In this document: positions 1-14,219 of the stretch, in pieces
Position numbering within the stretch: the stretch's first letter is position 1
Layout: every line of letters starts with the position of its first letter
Source: Octopus sinensis
Taxonomy: Eukaryota
Reading direction: 5' to 3'
DNA: 64,000 nucleotides
Assembly: GCF_006345805.1 (NCBI RefSeq)
Contig: NC_043015.1
Coordinates: forward strand, 5,146,001-5,210,000
Program-made: the position numbers and the translations under genes
The notes under the pieces: generated by a model
The model's database searches: none
What the model saw: the letters and a program-made list of their open reading frames with translations, nothing else
Told to the model about the DNA's origin: nothing

Positions 1-307
1 ATTTTCAGATTTATAGTAAATGTAAGATCTGCTTTGTGAGGTATATATAGTCCACTACCATACACGTTATCAAAATAAAGAATCTATCAACATATTTGCT
101 CTAGACAAATTGTCCGGTCTATTGTACACCAGTCGTCAAGTGCTTCGCATGTTGTCATGTGAACAGCATTGAGTTCTATAGCGAAAACATTTAGCTATCT
201 ACTGTCCACCCATTATCATCTCAGTAAATTCTATGTCTTTCTTATGTACGCAAACATTTCTTTAGCAGATATGGAAAATATGGCATATAATAGATTCCAT
301 TGGTATT

Positions 308-708
308 TACTCTTTTACTCTTTTACTTGTTTCCCTGCGACCATGCTGGAGCACCGCCTTTAGTCGAGCAAATCGACCCCGGGATGTATTCTTTGTAAGC
401 CTAGTACTTATTCTATCGGTCTCTTTTGCCGAACCGCTAAGTGACTGGGACGTAAACACACCAGCATTGGTTGCCAAGCAATGCTCGGGGGACAAACACA
501 GACACATAAACACACACATACACACATATATATATACATATATACGACAGGCTTCTTTCAGTTTCCGTCTACCAAATCCACTCACAAGGCATTGGTCGGC
601 CCGGGGCTATAGCAGAGGACACGTACCCAAGATGCCACGCAGTGGGACTGAACCCGGAACCTTGTGGTTGGTTAGGAAGCTACTTACCACACAACCACTC
701 CTGCGCCT
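308..708 (-). mobile_element. tRNA-derived SINE (octopus-type family A), near full length
   Basis: The reverse complement starts AGGCGCAGGAGTGGTTGTGTGGTAAGTAGC...GGTTCCGGGTTCAGTCCCACTGCG (pol III A/B-box-like head), has an internal (TA/TG)n tract and ends in an (AAAAGAGT)n-like tail. A second copy lies at 18269-18682. Confidence 0.85.
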
Positions 709-2176
709 ATGGTATGTTGAAGCCTTTAGTATTTCTTGTAAAACTGAGGCGGTTGCCAATCTTCATCAATAGGAAAATATATGTTTATCTTATACATGAA
801 CATGTGCGTGAAGGAAGGTTTTTTTCCGAATGTATGTAACCGTGTGCGTTTGCATGTGTGTGTAAAAGTTGAACGAGATTTTAAGGAGGAAAGCAAAATA
901 TGTATTGAAGTGAGAAATACTGAATTTATTATAAAATTTGTTTCAACCGCGATGTTACATTTCGCTAGACGGTTTACTCAAAAACTCCATTATGACGTCA
1001 AGTGAAACATAAAGTCACACAGAAAACAAATAAAATATACACACATAAACCCACAACGCTGTGGTAGAGAAAAATGAACACAATGTGTAACTGTAGAATA
1101 TAAAGTATTACTATTTCCGGTTCCCAGTTGTAATTTACAAAAGGAAAAGAGAGAGAGACACACAGAAAAAAAGAACGTGGACGTTTATATTGTAATTTTC
1201 CAACAATTTTCGTCTTCCTTGCTAATTGGCGTAAACACGTCTGAACGAGACAAGGCCTTATTTTACTTGGCTGTCATGTACGCCATTCACATATTGACAG
1301 CGTCTGATATAAGAGAATGAATAATTTCTTTGTTTCTATGAAAATAAACTGCAGAGCCAATGATGTCCGTAATTCTTTATAATAATCTAGACGGATTGTT
1401 TTTATTGAAATAAAACAAACAATATTCTCTAAGATTCCATGCTATGAAATATTTTCCTTGATAAGAGAGGAAAGAAACAATTGTGTTTTATAAGCAATAC
1501 AATAGAGTTTTGCTATGTCGATATGCGAAAACAACTTCGTAAATTAGACATGTTTTCATTATTTTATGAATGGTGTTTCGATAAAACTATATTGCTTGTC
1601 TTCTCCAGGTTCGTGCAAATTGCAATATACGTATGTATACGTATGGATAAATACATATGTATATGTATGTGTGTATCGAGTGTCTGTGGAATGCATCTTT
1701 GGATATATATTTCAGCGTTATTTCCGAGAAGCTACTTGTGCGTTTTGTCTTTGAGCAAAGCGCTAAAATTTTCATTTAATTCTAATATCCTCTATGCTAA
1801 TGCGAATCTGCCAGAAACACTTAAATATCTGTATCGTCTAAACATCCATAAATTGAAGATATCTATCGTTTTTCATAAAACTATTTACTACTCAGCAACC
1901 ACATGGACCTGTGTTCAGTCCCACGGCTTAGTAACAAAGGCAAGAGATTTATTAGAGCATCGAGAACACCATTGATATGTTGGTGATTCTGGTATGCTTT
2001 TCGAAAACCTGTCTGACACACACACACACACACACACGTACTGACAGAGAAAGGGAAAGATATAATTAGAGAAATAGGTTGATATATTGATAGACAGGCA
2101 GACATACACTTATAATATTTTTATGTATGTATATATAGATACATGTATATATGTGTATATATATATATGTTTGTAG

Positions 2177-2213
<37 letters not shown>

Positions 2214-2440
2214 CGCGTGTGTGTGAGACAGAGATATCACATATAGTTAAACATACATATACATGTGTATATGTATATATACATATATATATATACATAT
2301 AAGCACACACATATATATATTACGTGTGTCATTACATATTACGTGTGTGATTACACACATTACATTTTGTCCGTGTGTCCACTCCCACAGCCGTCGGATA
2401 ATCCGTGTTGGTGTATTTACGTGATCATTAGTAGCTGTGA

Positions 2441-2772
2441 AGGCGCATGGCCCAGTAGTTAAAGCGTTGAACTTAGGATCGTGAGGTTGTGAGTTCGATT
2501 CCCGGACCGAGCTGTGTGTTGTGTTCTTGAGCAAGACACTTTATTTCACGTTGCTCCAGTTCACTCAGCTGTAGAAATGAGTTGCGATGCCACAGGTGCC
2601 AAGCCGTATCGGTCGTTCCCTCTCCCTTGGAAAATATCAGTGGCGTAGAGAGGGAAGGCTGGTATGCATGGGTGACTAATGGTCTACCATAATCAAATTT
2701 ACAGGGACTTGTGCCTCGGAGGGTAAATTTCTAGGTGGAATCCCATGGTCACCCATGACTGAAAGGGGTCTC
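2441..2772 (+). mobile_element. tRNA-derived SINE (family B)
   Basis: Head AGGCGCATGGCCCAGTAGTTAAAGCG...GAGTTCGATTCCC, followed by TTGAGCAAGACACTTTATTTCACGTTGCTCCAGTTCACTCAGCTG, a core shared with 33690-33925. Confidence 0.8.
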
Positions 2773-4167
2773 CTCTAGTAGCTGTTGAGCAGTAAGTGCT
2801 TGAGCTGATAGTACTAGGGCTGATTTGTCAGAGTAGATCTCTTATAAGCGCTGCATCAACATAGGCATTTTACAATGAATAATAACATTTATAATTTAGG
2901 TGACTTATGCTCAAAAATTAAGTTTTATTTCCCTTAATTAATTTTGGAACGATATTCAATATGTTTGCAAATGTTACACTTCTCTTAGAGTTCATTATCC
3001 ATGTGACCCTACAAGGGATACATAAAACAAATAACTTTCAATAAAATCGACTCTTCTCACCCATCCTAAAATAATCATTATTGCGCATAATAGAAATCTC
3101 TATATAAAATCGTTAATTTTTAAATAAACAAAAGCAGCAAAATAATTAACCATTACTTATCTGTACTGTTGTTGTGTATTCAAGGAGTTATTATTCCGAC
3201 GATTTTGTTGTAAAAAATATCCCCACTTTTGTAAAGTATCATGCAACGAAACAAGAAAATGGAAAACCAACGGGTCAACATCTACGCTAACCGTCGTTAA
3301 CCTGTACACCCTTTGCGGCCCTTACATGACATATTATGAAAATAATTATATAAGCTCCAAAACTTTTTGCTGTATTCATAATACTGATTTATGATACCCT
3401 CTGTTCATGCGAACGAATTTATTTCTTTCCTTCGTTCACACATGGATGCTTCTACTGATATTTACATTTTTTTATTTTATTTAATTGACTGTATTATATG
3501 ATGTTGTTCATTGCATACAGCACTTGTAAAACAACTGTTTGTTCATGTCTATTTCTGCGTCGTAGATTCACCTGCTTCAATAACAAACTCTTACTCAAAT
3601 CCCAAACACAAAATATACACAAGAAAACAGACAGTCGAAATAATGTAGTTTTAGTATTCTAGTCCGAAAACGAGACAAGATGGGACATGTTTTACCATTA
3701 ATCATACAAATGAAAGATAAAGCCAAGCTAACAACACGCAACGTTGCTTACGATCAATAAAAAAAAGATGAACGAATTACAAATTTATCAAATGCAAGGC
3801 GTATTCATATTATATATGGCTGAGTTGTCAGAGTTCACTTGATTTTGAATATAGAGGTAGGCAATATTTATCTCAGGAAAGGCATTATCTATGAGAGATT
3901 AATTCTGTACGTGATGGCACGTGATCTTACAACTACAGGCATCTAATGTTCCGAGAGAATATTCCCAGTTTCTTAATCTCAAACGTCATTGAGTACATAA
4001 ATAGCTTACAAAACTTGTTATGCCTTGAATACAGGAAAGTGCCTTAAAATAGAATGGAAAATATGCTTCCATACAACGTGCATATCTGTAATTGTGTGCT
4101 TACGGGAGTGTATGCACACACACAAATGCAGGCATGGATAAGCAATACACAATTCATATACAAGTGC

Positions 4168-4198
<31 letters not shown>

Positions 4199-4324
4199 AT
4201 ATAAAAGGGCTTAGTAAAATAAATTACTTTGCCGCATACTGAACTCATTCAGTATGGTCCCTTTGCATACTGAATACTTGCTGAAATTGATTAATTAATT
4301 AATTTTACCCTCAATTGTTGAAAT

Positions 4325-4780
<456 letters not shown>

Positions 4781-5087
4781 AAATATGAATCATGTTGAAT
4801 AAATGTAAGAAGCAAAAATATAATTCTCAAATTCTATAAATAATATTTCCATGGATTTTTTCTTTTTCTTTGCGTTTCTCGTCACTTGAAAAAATTATTT
4901 CTCCAGCAGAATATACGATGTTCAGGAAAAGTATTTCTCTTTGGAAATAGAAATGTTAAAGTTAAAATATATTTCGACTCAAATTTTGTAAAGTATAAAT
5001 AATGTGACTATTTTATATACATTTAGTATATAAATATGAGGGAAATAAAATTTAAAATAATTAATAGTAAAATTAATAGTCTATCGG

Positions 5088-5392
5088 CGTGGAGGCGCAA
5101 TGGCCCAGTGGTTAGGGCAGCGGCATCGCGGTCGGAGGATCGCGGTTTCGATTCCCAGACCGGGCATTGTGACCGGCAGTGGGGTTTGTGGTGAACCCTG
5201 CTGTACTCTTTCACCACAACTTTCTCTCGCTCTTTCACAAAGAGCCAGCCTTGTCACATTCGGTGTGTCACGCTGAATCCCCTCGAGAACTACGTTAAAG
5301 GTACACGTGTCTGTTAATATCACGAGCAAGCTGTTCCGTTGATCGTATGAACTGGGACCCTCATCGTCGCAACTGACGGAGTACTCCTATAT
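5088..5392 (+). mobile_element. tRNA-derived SINE (family C), internally shortened, with TSD
   Basis: Head CGTGGAGGCGCAATGGCCCAGTGGTTAGGGCAGCGG is shared with 35021. Flanked by ATAGTCT[A/T]TCGG at 5076-5087 and 5393-5404 (12 bp, 1 mismatch). Confidence 0.9.
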
Positions 5393-5693
5393 ATAGTCTT
5401 TCGGTGGAAGCCCGATTTGATATGCGCTTTTATAAATACCGAAAGGTGTTGGATGGGTTTCCTCCCTAAATTGAACATATTATTTTAACATAATGTGTTC
5501 TTGCCAACGAACAGATGTGGGCAAGTTCACTTATTTATAAAATCCTTGGAACATATTTGCCAAGGGAAATTTTCATCACTGAAATTGAGCTATCAGATGG
5601 TAATTCGGCAAGGGATGCATTGAAAGTTATGTACTATAGATTCTTACTTTGCTAACACTTTCGTGAGAACGTGAGGGAAAAATGAAGGTACAT

Positions 5694-5905
5694 AGAGAGA
5701 GAGAGAGAAAGAGAGACAGACAGACAGGCAGACATTCTGAGACACAGTGAGAGACAGAAGCAGAGAGACAAAAAGAGAGGCGGAGGTGAAGAACGATGGA
5801 GGGAAGGCGAGAAAGCGGGAGAGAAAAAGGGAAGGAAAGGAAAACAGAAAGAGGGCTGAAGTGAGGAAGGCCGGGTGGGTAGTAGAGAGAGAAAGAGAAG
5901 AAAGT
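5694..5905. repeat. (GA)n / GA-rich low-complexity tract
   Basis: Visible GA/GACA repeats and a purine-rich run. Confidence 0.9.
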
Positions 5906-6024
5906 GAAATACGAAAGCCGTCGATACGTAAAGACAAATCAACATGAAAAACGCTGACGATTTTTACAAGAAATAAAAAATTTGCGAAGGCTAGACAGGC
6001 ATCTCAACTAGCAGGTTCCCTATT

Positions 6025-6069
6025 CTGGGCTGATGACGGGTAAAGATCCAGAAACATGCATGTTCTCAG
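6025..6069 (+). ncRNA. Type I hammerhead ribozyme (one stem II mismatch)
   Basis: Stem I CUGGG/CUCAG; core CUGAUGA at 6030-6036; stem II CGGG-UAAAGA-UCCA (C.A mismatch at the base); GAAA at 6051-6054; stem III from the palindrome ACAUGCAUGU; cleavage triplet GUU (6062-6064). Confidence 0.75.
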
Positions 6070-8416
6070 GTGTGAATCCTAGCTGGTGGAGGTGCTTGCC
6101 TCCCCTTCGCAAATATAAGAACACAGGATACTTGCGTCTATACTTCCTTGGGCTAAACAGCGGTAATGTAATTCCCTTACGGGGCTGTCACGTTATGTTA
6201 ACAGTATGCAACCACTCTCTCTCTATATATATAATGCAGATGCACACAAATACATATACTCAAGCACAAATACAGGCAGACATATAAACATATGTACGCG
6301 CACGTGTTTGTGTGTGTTTGTATGCGTGTGTGGGGAGCGCGCGTTTGTTTGTCTGACCACTCGAAAGGATATTTGGTTGTTTTCGTGTTTTACTTTACAG
6401 CAAATATGAGAATTATTTGCAGTTAAGCGAACACATAAAATGAAATAACGCTTTACCAAATGAAGGGACAAATTCTGATCAGATAATCAGGATATTGAAG
6501 TGAGCGTTATTTATCTATAGGATTGGCATTTTGCTTTAAATGTACGCACCTTTTTATCCATAAATCATAATCGCTACGATTTAGACTGATAGAATGAACG
6601 AGTGATTTAAACATATTCAGCTCTTAATAACGCTGACGTGCCTGTCATCAACGTTTTTGTTAAATGTCCTGTTCGTAAGAATTATTCTGGGATAGTCAGC
6701 TGATCTAATTTGAGGAAGTGGTGCTTTCAAATCCTTGGCATTAAATCAAAGCGACTATATCCAGAGGATCATATATATTCATAAATACATACAAACTTAT
6801 ATACAAACATACATACTTACACGCAAGCATGCATTCAGTGCTGCACAGATAGCTAGATAGATGCATTCATACATACATAATATATATACATACATATATA
6901 TATAATATATACAAGCATACATCATGCATACATACATAAATACATGCATATATACATGTGCATATCTGCGCGCTGGTGCTTGTGTGCGAACATGCATATT
7001 TGTACTTGTGCGTTAGAGTATATTTATTTCTCTGTATGTTTATGACTGTGTGCATACACAGGGTCGCAGAAAACCATACACGTATATTTTTTATAGAAAA
7101 ATATAGAAAGACATATAGTTATATACATGCGAGTGATTTATCATTGATTAATGTATATACTATAAATATCCGGTGACTAAGGATAAAATAACCAGAGAAT
7201 ACATCAGGCATAGAAATATATAGCACTGAGAACTCTTCTTTTACATGAAGAAAATATCCCGAAATGCCTAGGCAGTACCAGTGCTAAATCGAATATTAAG
7301 GCTACTCGATTGGTCTGCAGAGGAAATCCACTCCATAGACATTAAAACTCACAAAATATGATATGAAATAGAATCTTCCACAGGAAAAGACACATCAATA
7401 GGATTACGTAAGAAGAAATGAAGTTGGTAGAGGTTTGAGATCAATGCAGTCTTCAAATGTCATATAGTATCTCTCTCTCTCTCACGCCTTCCCTCTCTCT
7501 TCTTTTCTCTTTTTCTCTCTCACACACACCGGCGTTCAACCTAAGGGTGTTTGGCTTCTCCGAAAGTACTTTCACTTCGACCACCACCCATACAACTGCA
7601 AGACAGCTGCACTAAAATATTTAAAAGATAAGAAACGGTCAGTACGCCAAAATGAAGATTATGATGTGAGACGTTCAGCATACCTAAAAGAAACAAAAGC
7701 ATTTGCATGTTTTTCGAAACCTTGAATATGTCAGTGTCATAACATGAAACCCAGGTTTTCTTGCACTCGGAAGAGCTACATCACATCATACATCCAGTGC
7801 AGGGCATTACACATGTGGTCGGCAGTTACTGAAAAGTGACAAGATGCTACTTCTCATTTCGAAATAACTTTCTCGCTCGAACAATAAACAATGCTTTCGA
7901 AAAAATTTGAGATAAATATAGAACTAACATATGTTGCTAAATGTATTCATAAACGCTAACACAAACAATATTGGTGGGACATACTCATCAAAACTCCTAC
8001 CAAGTGTAAAGATAATCAGTACATTGTTGTTTAAACAGACATGAAAATGCATTAACGATTGCTGAGATCACATGCTTATATGAATAACTATGACAATATC
8101 TTCGAACCCTCCAGATTATAAATTCACATTTATACCAATAATATTCGGTGTAGTTATTTTGTGAGTAAAATTCTAAATAACAATCTCTAAGAGGTGAGGT
8201 TTTCAGAAAAGAAAACCAACCAGTTTATACGCTCATTACAAATATATTTTACAAGTCGAACAGTAGTAAAATGCAAACATTTTATCAAGTTTAAAATGTT
8301 GATGTGTTTTGGCTACATGCATTCCAAGGATGGGGTTTTGTACCTCTGTCAGAAACCAGCTTCTTTCTTACCGTGAGATTTCAGATATTTAAAAATAAAA
8401 GCGATCATGAATGCAC

Positions 8417-8475
<59 letters not shown>

Positions 8476-9758
8476 TACATTTACACCAATGTTTTTAACT
8501 TCTTGATTTAGGTCGGCTCTGATTGATCTGAATTACGAAACAAATATTTCCACTTCATATCTTGGAAACTATGTTCACTCTTGTAACCATATTTCGTTTT
8601 AAGATTGCATAACGATTACAGCGGGTTTGGCCTCTATATTCTTAAGGCCAAACGAACATGAAGAGCTTAGTGAATAAAATTAATATATATTTGGTAACAT
8701 CCGTCTGTATATTTCGTATGTCATTTGAAACACTTTAAACATATATCTCTTATAGAATCTTAAACAAATTTAGCAATGCACATGATGGTACTCAAATGTT
8801 ATTAGTAACTACATCCCTTTAATCTTTAATTTTAAATTCTGCCGTATATTACGTAAACTTCTACCAAAACCTCATCACGGATAATATCCCTTTATATTGC
8901 GATTTTAAATCTCACGGGTTTTATTCAGTCTTCAGAGATAGATAAATTAAGTGCCTGTAAAATCCTTGAATAAACAATATAGAACTCATCACTTAACTAG
9001 TAAATGTAATATAGAATATATGTAAGAGGAAATTAGAAATCAAAATTCTGTATAAAATGAACAACTTTGTGCAATATAATCGATAAATGGACAGAGAACT
9101 AATTACACAGGTAGTCCAGTATGCGCAAACAATACAATGAATCAATCAGAAACAGAGAATGGAAAGTAACGAAAATGGGATCAGTAGTAGAACATTTGGA
9201 AGCATTTAGACAATGCAGAGTCGAGTAGATTTTCTAACTATAATCACGAGTCACGAGCCCCGAGTTTGCCACGGGATTATTAGATCTCACTAATGCAAGA
9301 TATGCTACTCAGTTGGTAAGGTTAATGTGATCAAATTACTTAGAATTAGTAGGTGATCTATAACTGATCAAAATTTATAGAAGTTAAAAGCGAAATGAAA
9401 TTGCCCTCGCACTGAACATCAACAAAGTGCAAAATGCCTCAGAAATGGATTCCATCAAATAAATACAAATCTTATTTTACCTGTGAGGCGCTTTTGCACA
9501 CCAGAAGTTAAACACAATATTGTTTGTATATATATCTCAGATCACCGTCACAATTTGTTTCAGTGTAATTCGAGTTAGCAGTACCGAAGAGTTTGCAAAC
9601 AGTGAAATATCGATATCAGTTGTTCTCCATCACCTACGGGGCGAGATGTCTCACCTGGTTTGTAATGTCCAGTGTTTTTAATAGGAGTCATCATCTTAAA
9701 GGATTTTTCCCTCAGAAGCTATCACGAAGCAAATGAAGGCATAAACAACGCACATACC

Positions 9759-9994
9759 TATTTCTTTATTAACCACAACGGGCTAAACACAGAGGGGACA
9801 AACAAGGACAGACATAGGTATTAATTCGATTACATCGACCCCAGTGCGTAACTGGTACTTAATTTATCGACCCCGAAAGTATGAAAGGCAAAGTCGACCT
9901 CGGCAGAATTTGAACTCACAACGCAACGGCAGACGAAATACTGCGAAGCATTTCGCCCGGCGTGCTAACGATTCTGCCATCTCGCCGACTTCCG
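9759..9994 (-). mobile_element. tRNA-derived SINE (family D, the most abundant here) with perfect 14-bp TSD
   Basis: Matches the family consensus (GGCGAG.TGGCAGAATCGTTAGCACGCCGGGCGAAATGC...CTTTCATCCTTTCGGGGTCGATAAATTAAGTACCAGTT). TSD ACAACGCACATACC at 9745-9758 and 9995-10008. Confidence 0.92.
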
Positions 9995-11129
9995 ACAACG
10001 CACATACCAGTGAGTATGTGACATCGGTAATGTATACGCTTTTAGAGCAGCATATAATTTAAAAGAAATATTTTAGTGTTGAAGCTACGTGATACAATGT
10101 GCCGAAACACTTCGACCAAGTGTGAATACTTACAAAATGAGAATAATAATGCCCTGTGTTCGCTTCTCTCTATAACAAAATAGCAAGAAGATTTTCACTA
10201 TGGCTTACTCGGAGAAATACCTTTTGGCTGAACATGACCGCAGGTGAATAAAGCGTGATTTAAGAATTTATAAATAATTATTGGTGATCCGATCACGGGA
10301 GATATATCCATGATTATCTCTAATTATAATTAAAGATAGATAAATGAAAACATAAATTAGAAATAAATAAATGAAATGGAAAAGAATAAAAAACGGTTTT
10401 TTACCGGTTAAAAGATAAATTTATTGCAACAAAATACTGTAGATGAAGGAAAAAAATAAGGTTAACATTATTACAATGATAAATAAAATTATTTTAAAAG
10501 TATTGAATGATATTGGATGAAGCTGGATATGTAAAACGAGATAAAAAATATTTGCTGGTAATCATAAAAGTATAATTTATAACATGAGATTAATTTTATT
10601 TATTTAACATGACACACAATCGAGTTTACAGGATTTTATTTTACTTTTCCTTATTACAGCCTCAGGCATTTATAAGATATGCCTGAAGACGAATGTCTAA
10701 TCATTAAAATTAATTGGTCCGTTTGAACTTATTCAAGAAGATGCGCACAGTAGTCAGCCTCCGTGTGTATGTGTGTATTTGTCTGTGTATGTGAGTGCGT
10801 ATGTATGTGTGTGTGTGTATGTGCGCGCCCGTGTATATATCTGTGAATGCATTCTAGTTTAACGCAAACGTCACGCTGTAGTCTTAAATCATATATTATT
10901 AATCCGATCATCGTGTAAATGTTCTAAGAAAGAAACATGGCAAGTTGCTTCAGCATGCTTCCGGTAAACGCATGATTATGTTTCAAATATATACAACATA
11001 TCTATTCCTCAATCGCAATTAATAAAAATTAGACAATAAAAACTTAGAAGCAGCAAATAAAATTTTCCCTTTTAAGGACTGAAGCATTGATGGTGTAGTG
11101 TAACTGTTTTACTCAATACAACAGCGACA

Positions 11130-11395
11130 AGTATATTGCTTATGATTATTTATCTCAAATATTTCCACAAAGACTTCCCTTGCTGCGTGTGACCTCGTGA
11201 GCACCGCCAGCAATTTTTTTTTCCTCTGTCTTCCCTTCTCGGGATCTTTCCTTCTCCTTTGTTTCCGACGAAGAGCTCCACTCGAAACGTTAAACCCTCC
11301 TTCCCTTCTTTCCTGAGCGTCCAATAATACTTTATTTGTTCCACGTCCTCGCGTCGCTGTGTTTTTTTGTGTTTTCTTGTTTGGATTCACTATAT
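11130..11395 (+). mobile_element. Short PLE-derived (pseudo-LTR-like) element carrying a minimal hammerhead variant
   Basis: 11261-11295 reads GUUU CCGACGA A GAG-CUCCA-CUC GAAAC GU U AAAC. The element ends at a (TA)n tract. Confidence 0.55.
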
Positions 11396-11414
11396 ATATA
11401 AATATATACATATA

Positions 11415-11620
11415 TACGTATATAGTTGTATTTACAAAAAAAAAGAACACGCACAAAACAAAAGATGGAGACGAGGTGTGTGAAAATTGAACATATGTAT
11501 TAGTTTAACGCTCGGGAAGTGAGAATGTCTTTTACGTTTCGAGCCTACGCTCTTTAACAGACAGGAACACAGAAATAAACATACAGAGGAAATAAAAAAA
11601 AAAGGTTTAGTGACAAGCAA
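11415..11620 (-). mobile_element. Short PLE-derived element with decayed hammerhead
   Basis: Minus strand reads ...TGTTAAA GAGC-GTAG-GCTC GAAACGT A AAAGACA. Related to 28590-28735 (shared CACTTCCCGAGCGTTAA). Confidence 0.5.
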
Positions 11621-11649
11621 TCAATCATACAAACATACATACACACACC

Positions 11650-11690
<41 letters not shown>

Positions 11691-12179
11691 CCTAATTTCT
11701 GAAGATTGGCATTTAAGCAGTGTCCTACATATCCTAGGGCCTCCATAATTACAAGTATAAACTTGTAATCTAGATAGAGTAACTGGAATAGTTTCGCATA
11801 GTTGTTCTCTTGTTTTATGTATATACGTTTGTTTGTATATGTGTTGGTAGGTATGTACTGAGAACTGAAGAGAAAGTGATTGCATATGTGCGACCGTACG
11901 CGTGTAAAAGTGACAAAGAGAGAAATAAGGAGAGAAAGAGAGAGAGAGAGAGAAAGAAATAGAGAGAGAGAGAAAGAGAGATAGAGAGAGGCAGCCAGAC
12001 AGACTATGCCGCCATTGTTCTTCAAATTGACAGAATGTTAAGAGTGATGGCTACAAAGTTGTGTTCATGCTCTCTGTGAACTCCCTTCAAATATTCCCCT
12101 GTTATTCATTTCCTTCGGTGTCGTTAAAACAATATCTGACAAGTACGCTAATATGTCACGTTTCCTTTTTGTCTTTCTC

Positions 12180-12700
<521 letters not shown>

Positions 12701-13039
12701 TACTTATCCCTGCTGCTCTTCCTCTCTATTTCATCCTTCGGCTATTCCGATTTTCTCATCTTAGGCTGTAAGTAACTTCGTATTCGGTTCACCTCCTTTC
12801 TGTCTCAGGAAGAGGGGAAGCAACGTGTGGAGGGCTAGTGAACTCTTCTCATATCTAATGTAATAAGCTACGGCGTCAGCCAGTGAAAAGGGGATGTGCT
12901 GTACTTGAAGGCTGTCGTGTATATTCTGACAATTTCAAAGATTTTATTAACGATTTCTTCAATATCACTTTATTGTTTATAACCCTAAACACGAAAAATG
13001 ATAAAGATGAAGACGGTGGAGATATTTCTTTTGTAGCTG

Positions 13040-13453
13040 TTAGCATCGACGTCGTTGTTCTTATTGATGATGATAATGATAATGATGATCGGGACGATGA
13101 CAGTGACGACGACAACGACGACGATGATGAGGATGATGATGATGATGATCAGAATCATGATGGTGGTGGCGGAAATTTGGTGGGAGTGTTCTTGCTGCTG
13201 TAGGTGATGGTGGTATTGTTGGTGTTAGTGATGGAGATGGAGACGGCGGTGGTGGTGATGATGACGGCAATGATGATGATGATGATAAAATTAGGAAGCG
13301 GAAGGGGATGATGAGGAAAATACTGCAATGATGATGTTGATAATGATGGTGCTTTTGGTGAGGATAATGATGAAGATTATGATGAAGGAGTAGAAGGATG
13401 GCGACGTCGATGAAGAGAATAGGGAGGAAGGTGATGGTGACGAAGCCGATTCA

Positions 13454-13487
<34 letters not shown>

Positions 13488-13565
13488 CGGTGATGGTGAT
13501 GATGGTGTTGTTGATGATCATGGTGACGATCATGATGATGATCATGATGATGATCCTGATTATGT
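13040..13565. repeat. Degenerate (GAT)/(GGT) trinucleotide repeat
   Basis: Direct inspection; source of the D/H/I-rich ORFs. Confidence 0.9.
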
Positions 13566-13822
13566 TTTTTCCGACATTAATAATGAGATGCACGTTCTTG
13601 AGGGTCGAATGAAAAACAATATTTCTTGCCAGGGTGCGAACGATTTACGTCGTTGCATACTTACGTCGAATTTAGATTCCAAGTTCCAAATATACGGAGA
13701 TTAGCATTTTATCCTTCCTTTGTAAGTAAAACGATGTTTCATTTTACAATCCGTTGTCTGTACCTTCCATAATATCCATGTCCTTACTTCCAAACATTGT
13801 GACTTGTCCGTCAGTGGTTCAT

Positions 13823-14047
13823 ACTACCCACAAGGGGCTAAACACAGAGGAGACAAACAAGAACAGACAAACGGATCAAGTCAATTACATTGACCCCAGT
13901 GCGTAACTGGTACTTAATTTATTGACCCCGAAAGGATGAAAGGCAAAGTCGACCTTGGCGGAATTTGAACTCAGAACGTAACGGCAGACGAAATACGGCT
14001 ACGCATTTCGCCCGGCGTGCTAACGATTCTGCCAGCTCGCCACCTTA
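13823..14047 (-). mobile_element. SINE family D, full length
   Basis: Reverse complement of the family D sequence; head ends at ...GCCAGCTCGCCACCTT. Confidence 0.9.
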
Positions 14048-14219
14048 TTAACGGGTCGCCACAATCACCGACACACTTTCAAAAACGAAGCGGCGGTGGC
14101 AGCTTTGACGCATTTTATTTTAAATTGTTTATATTTAAAATCAATAAAGGAAAATGTTTTTTTTTCTGTTCAAGATGTAGTTTACTCTGTGTTTCTTCTA
14201 TCGATATTGGTCTGCGAAT

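Noticed and set aside
5954-5975. CTGACGA...GAAA just upstream of the 6025 ribozyme
   Set aside because: No credible stem II or stem III.
10663-10730. TCAGGCAT/ATGCCTGA hairpin overlapping CTGAAGA
   Set aside because: No GAAA/stem III module downstream; an 8-bp stem is unremarkable.
12883-13203. Acidic ORF (DDD-rich, 106 aa)
   Set aside because: Mostly a degenerate (GAT)n tract; no ATG start or splice support.
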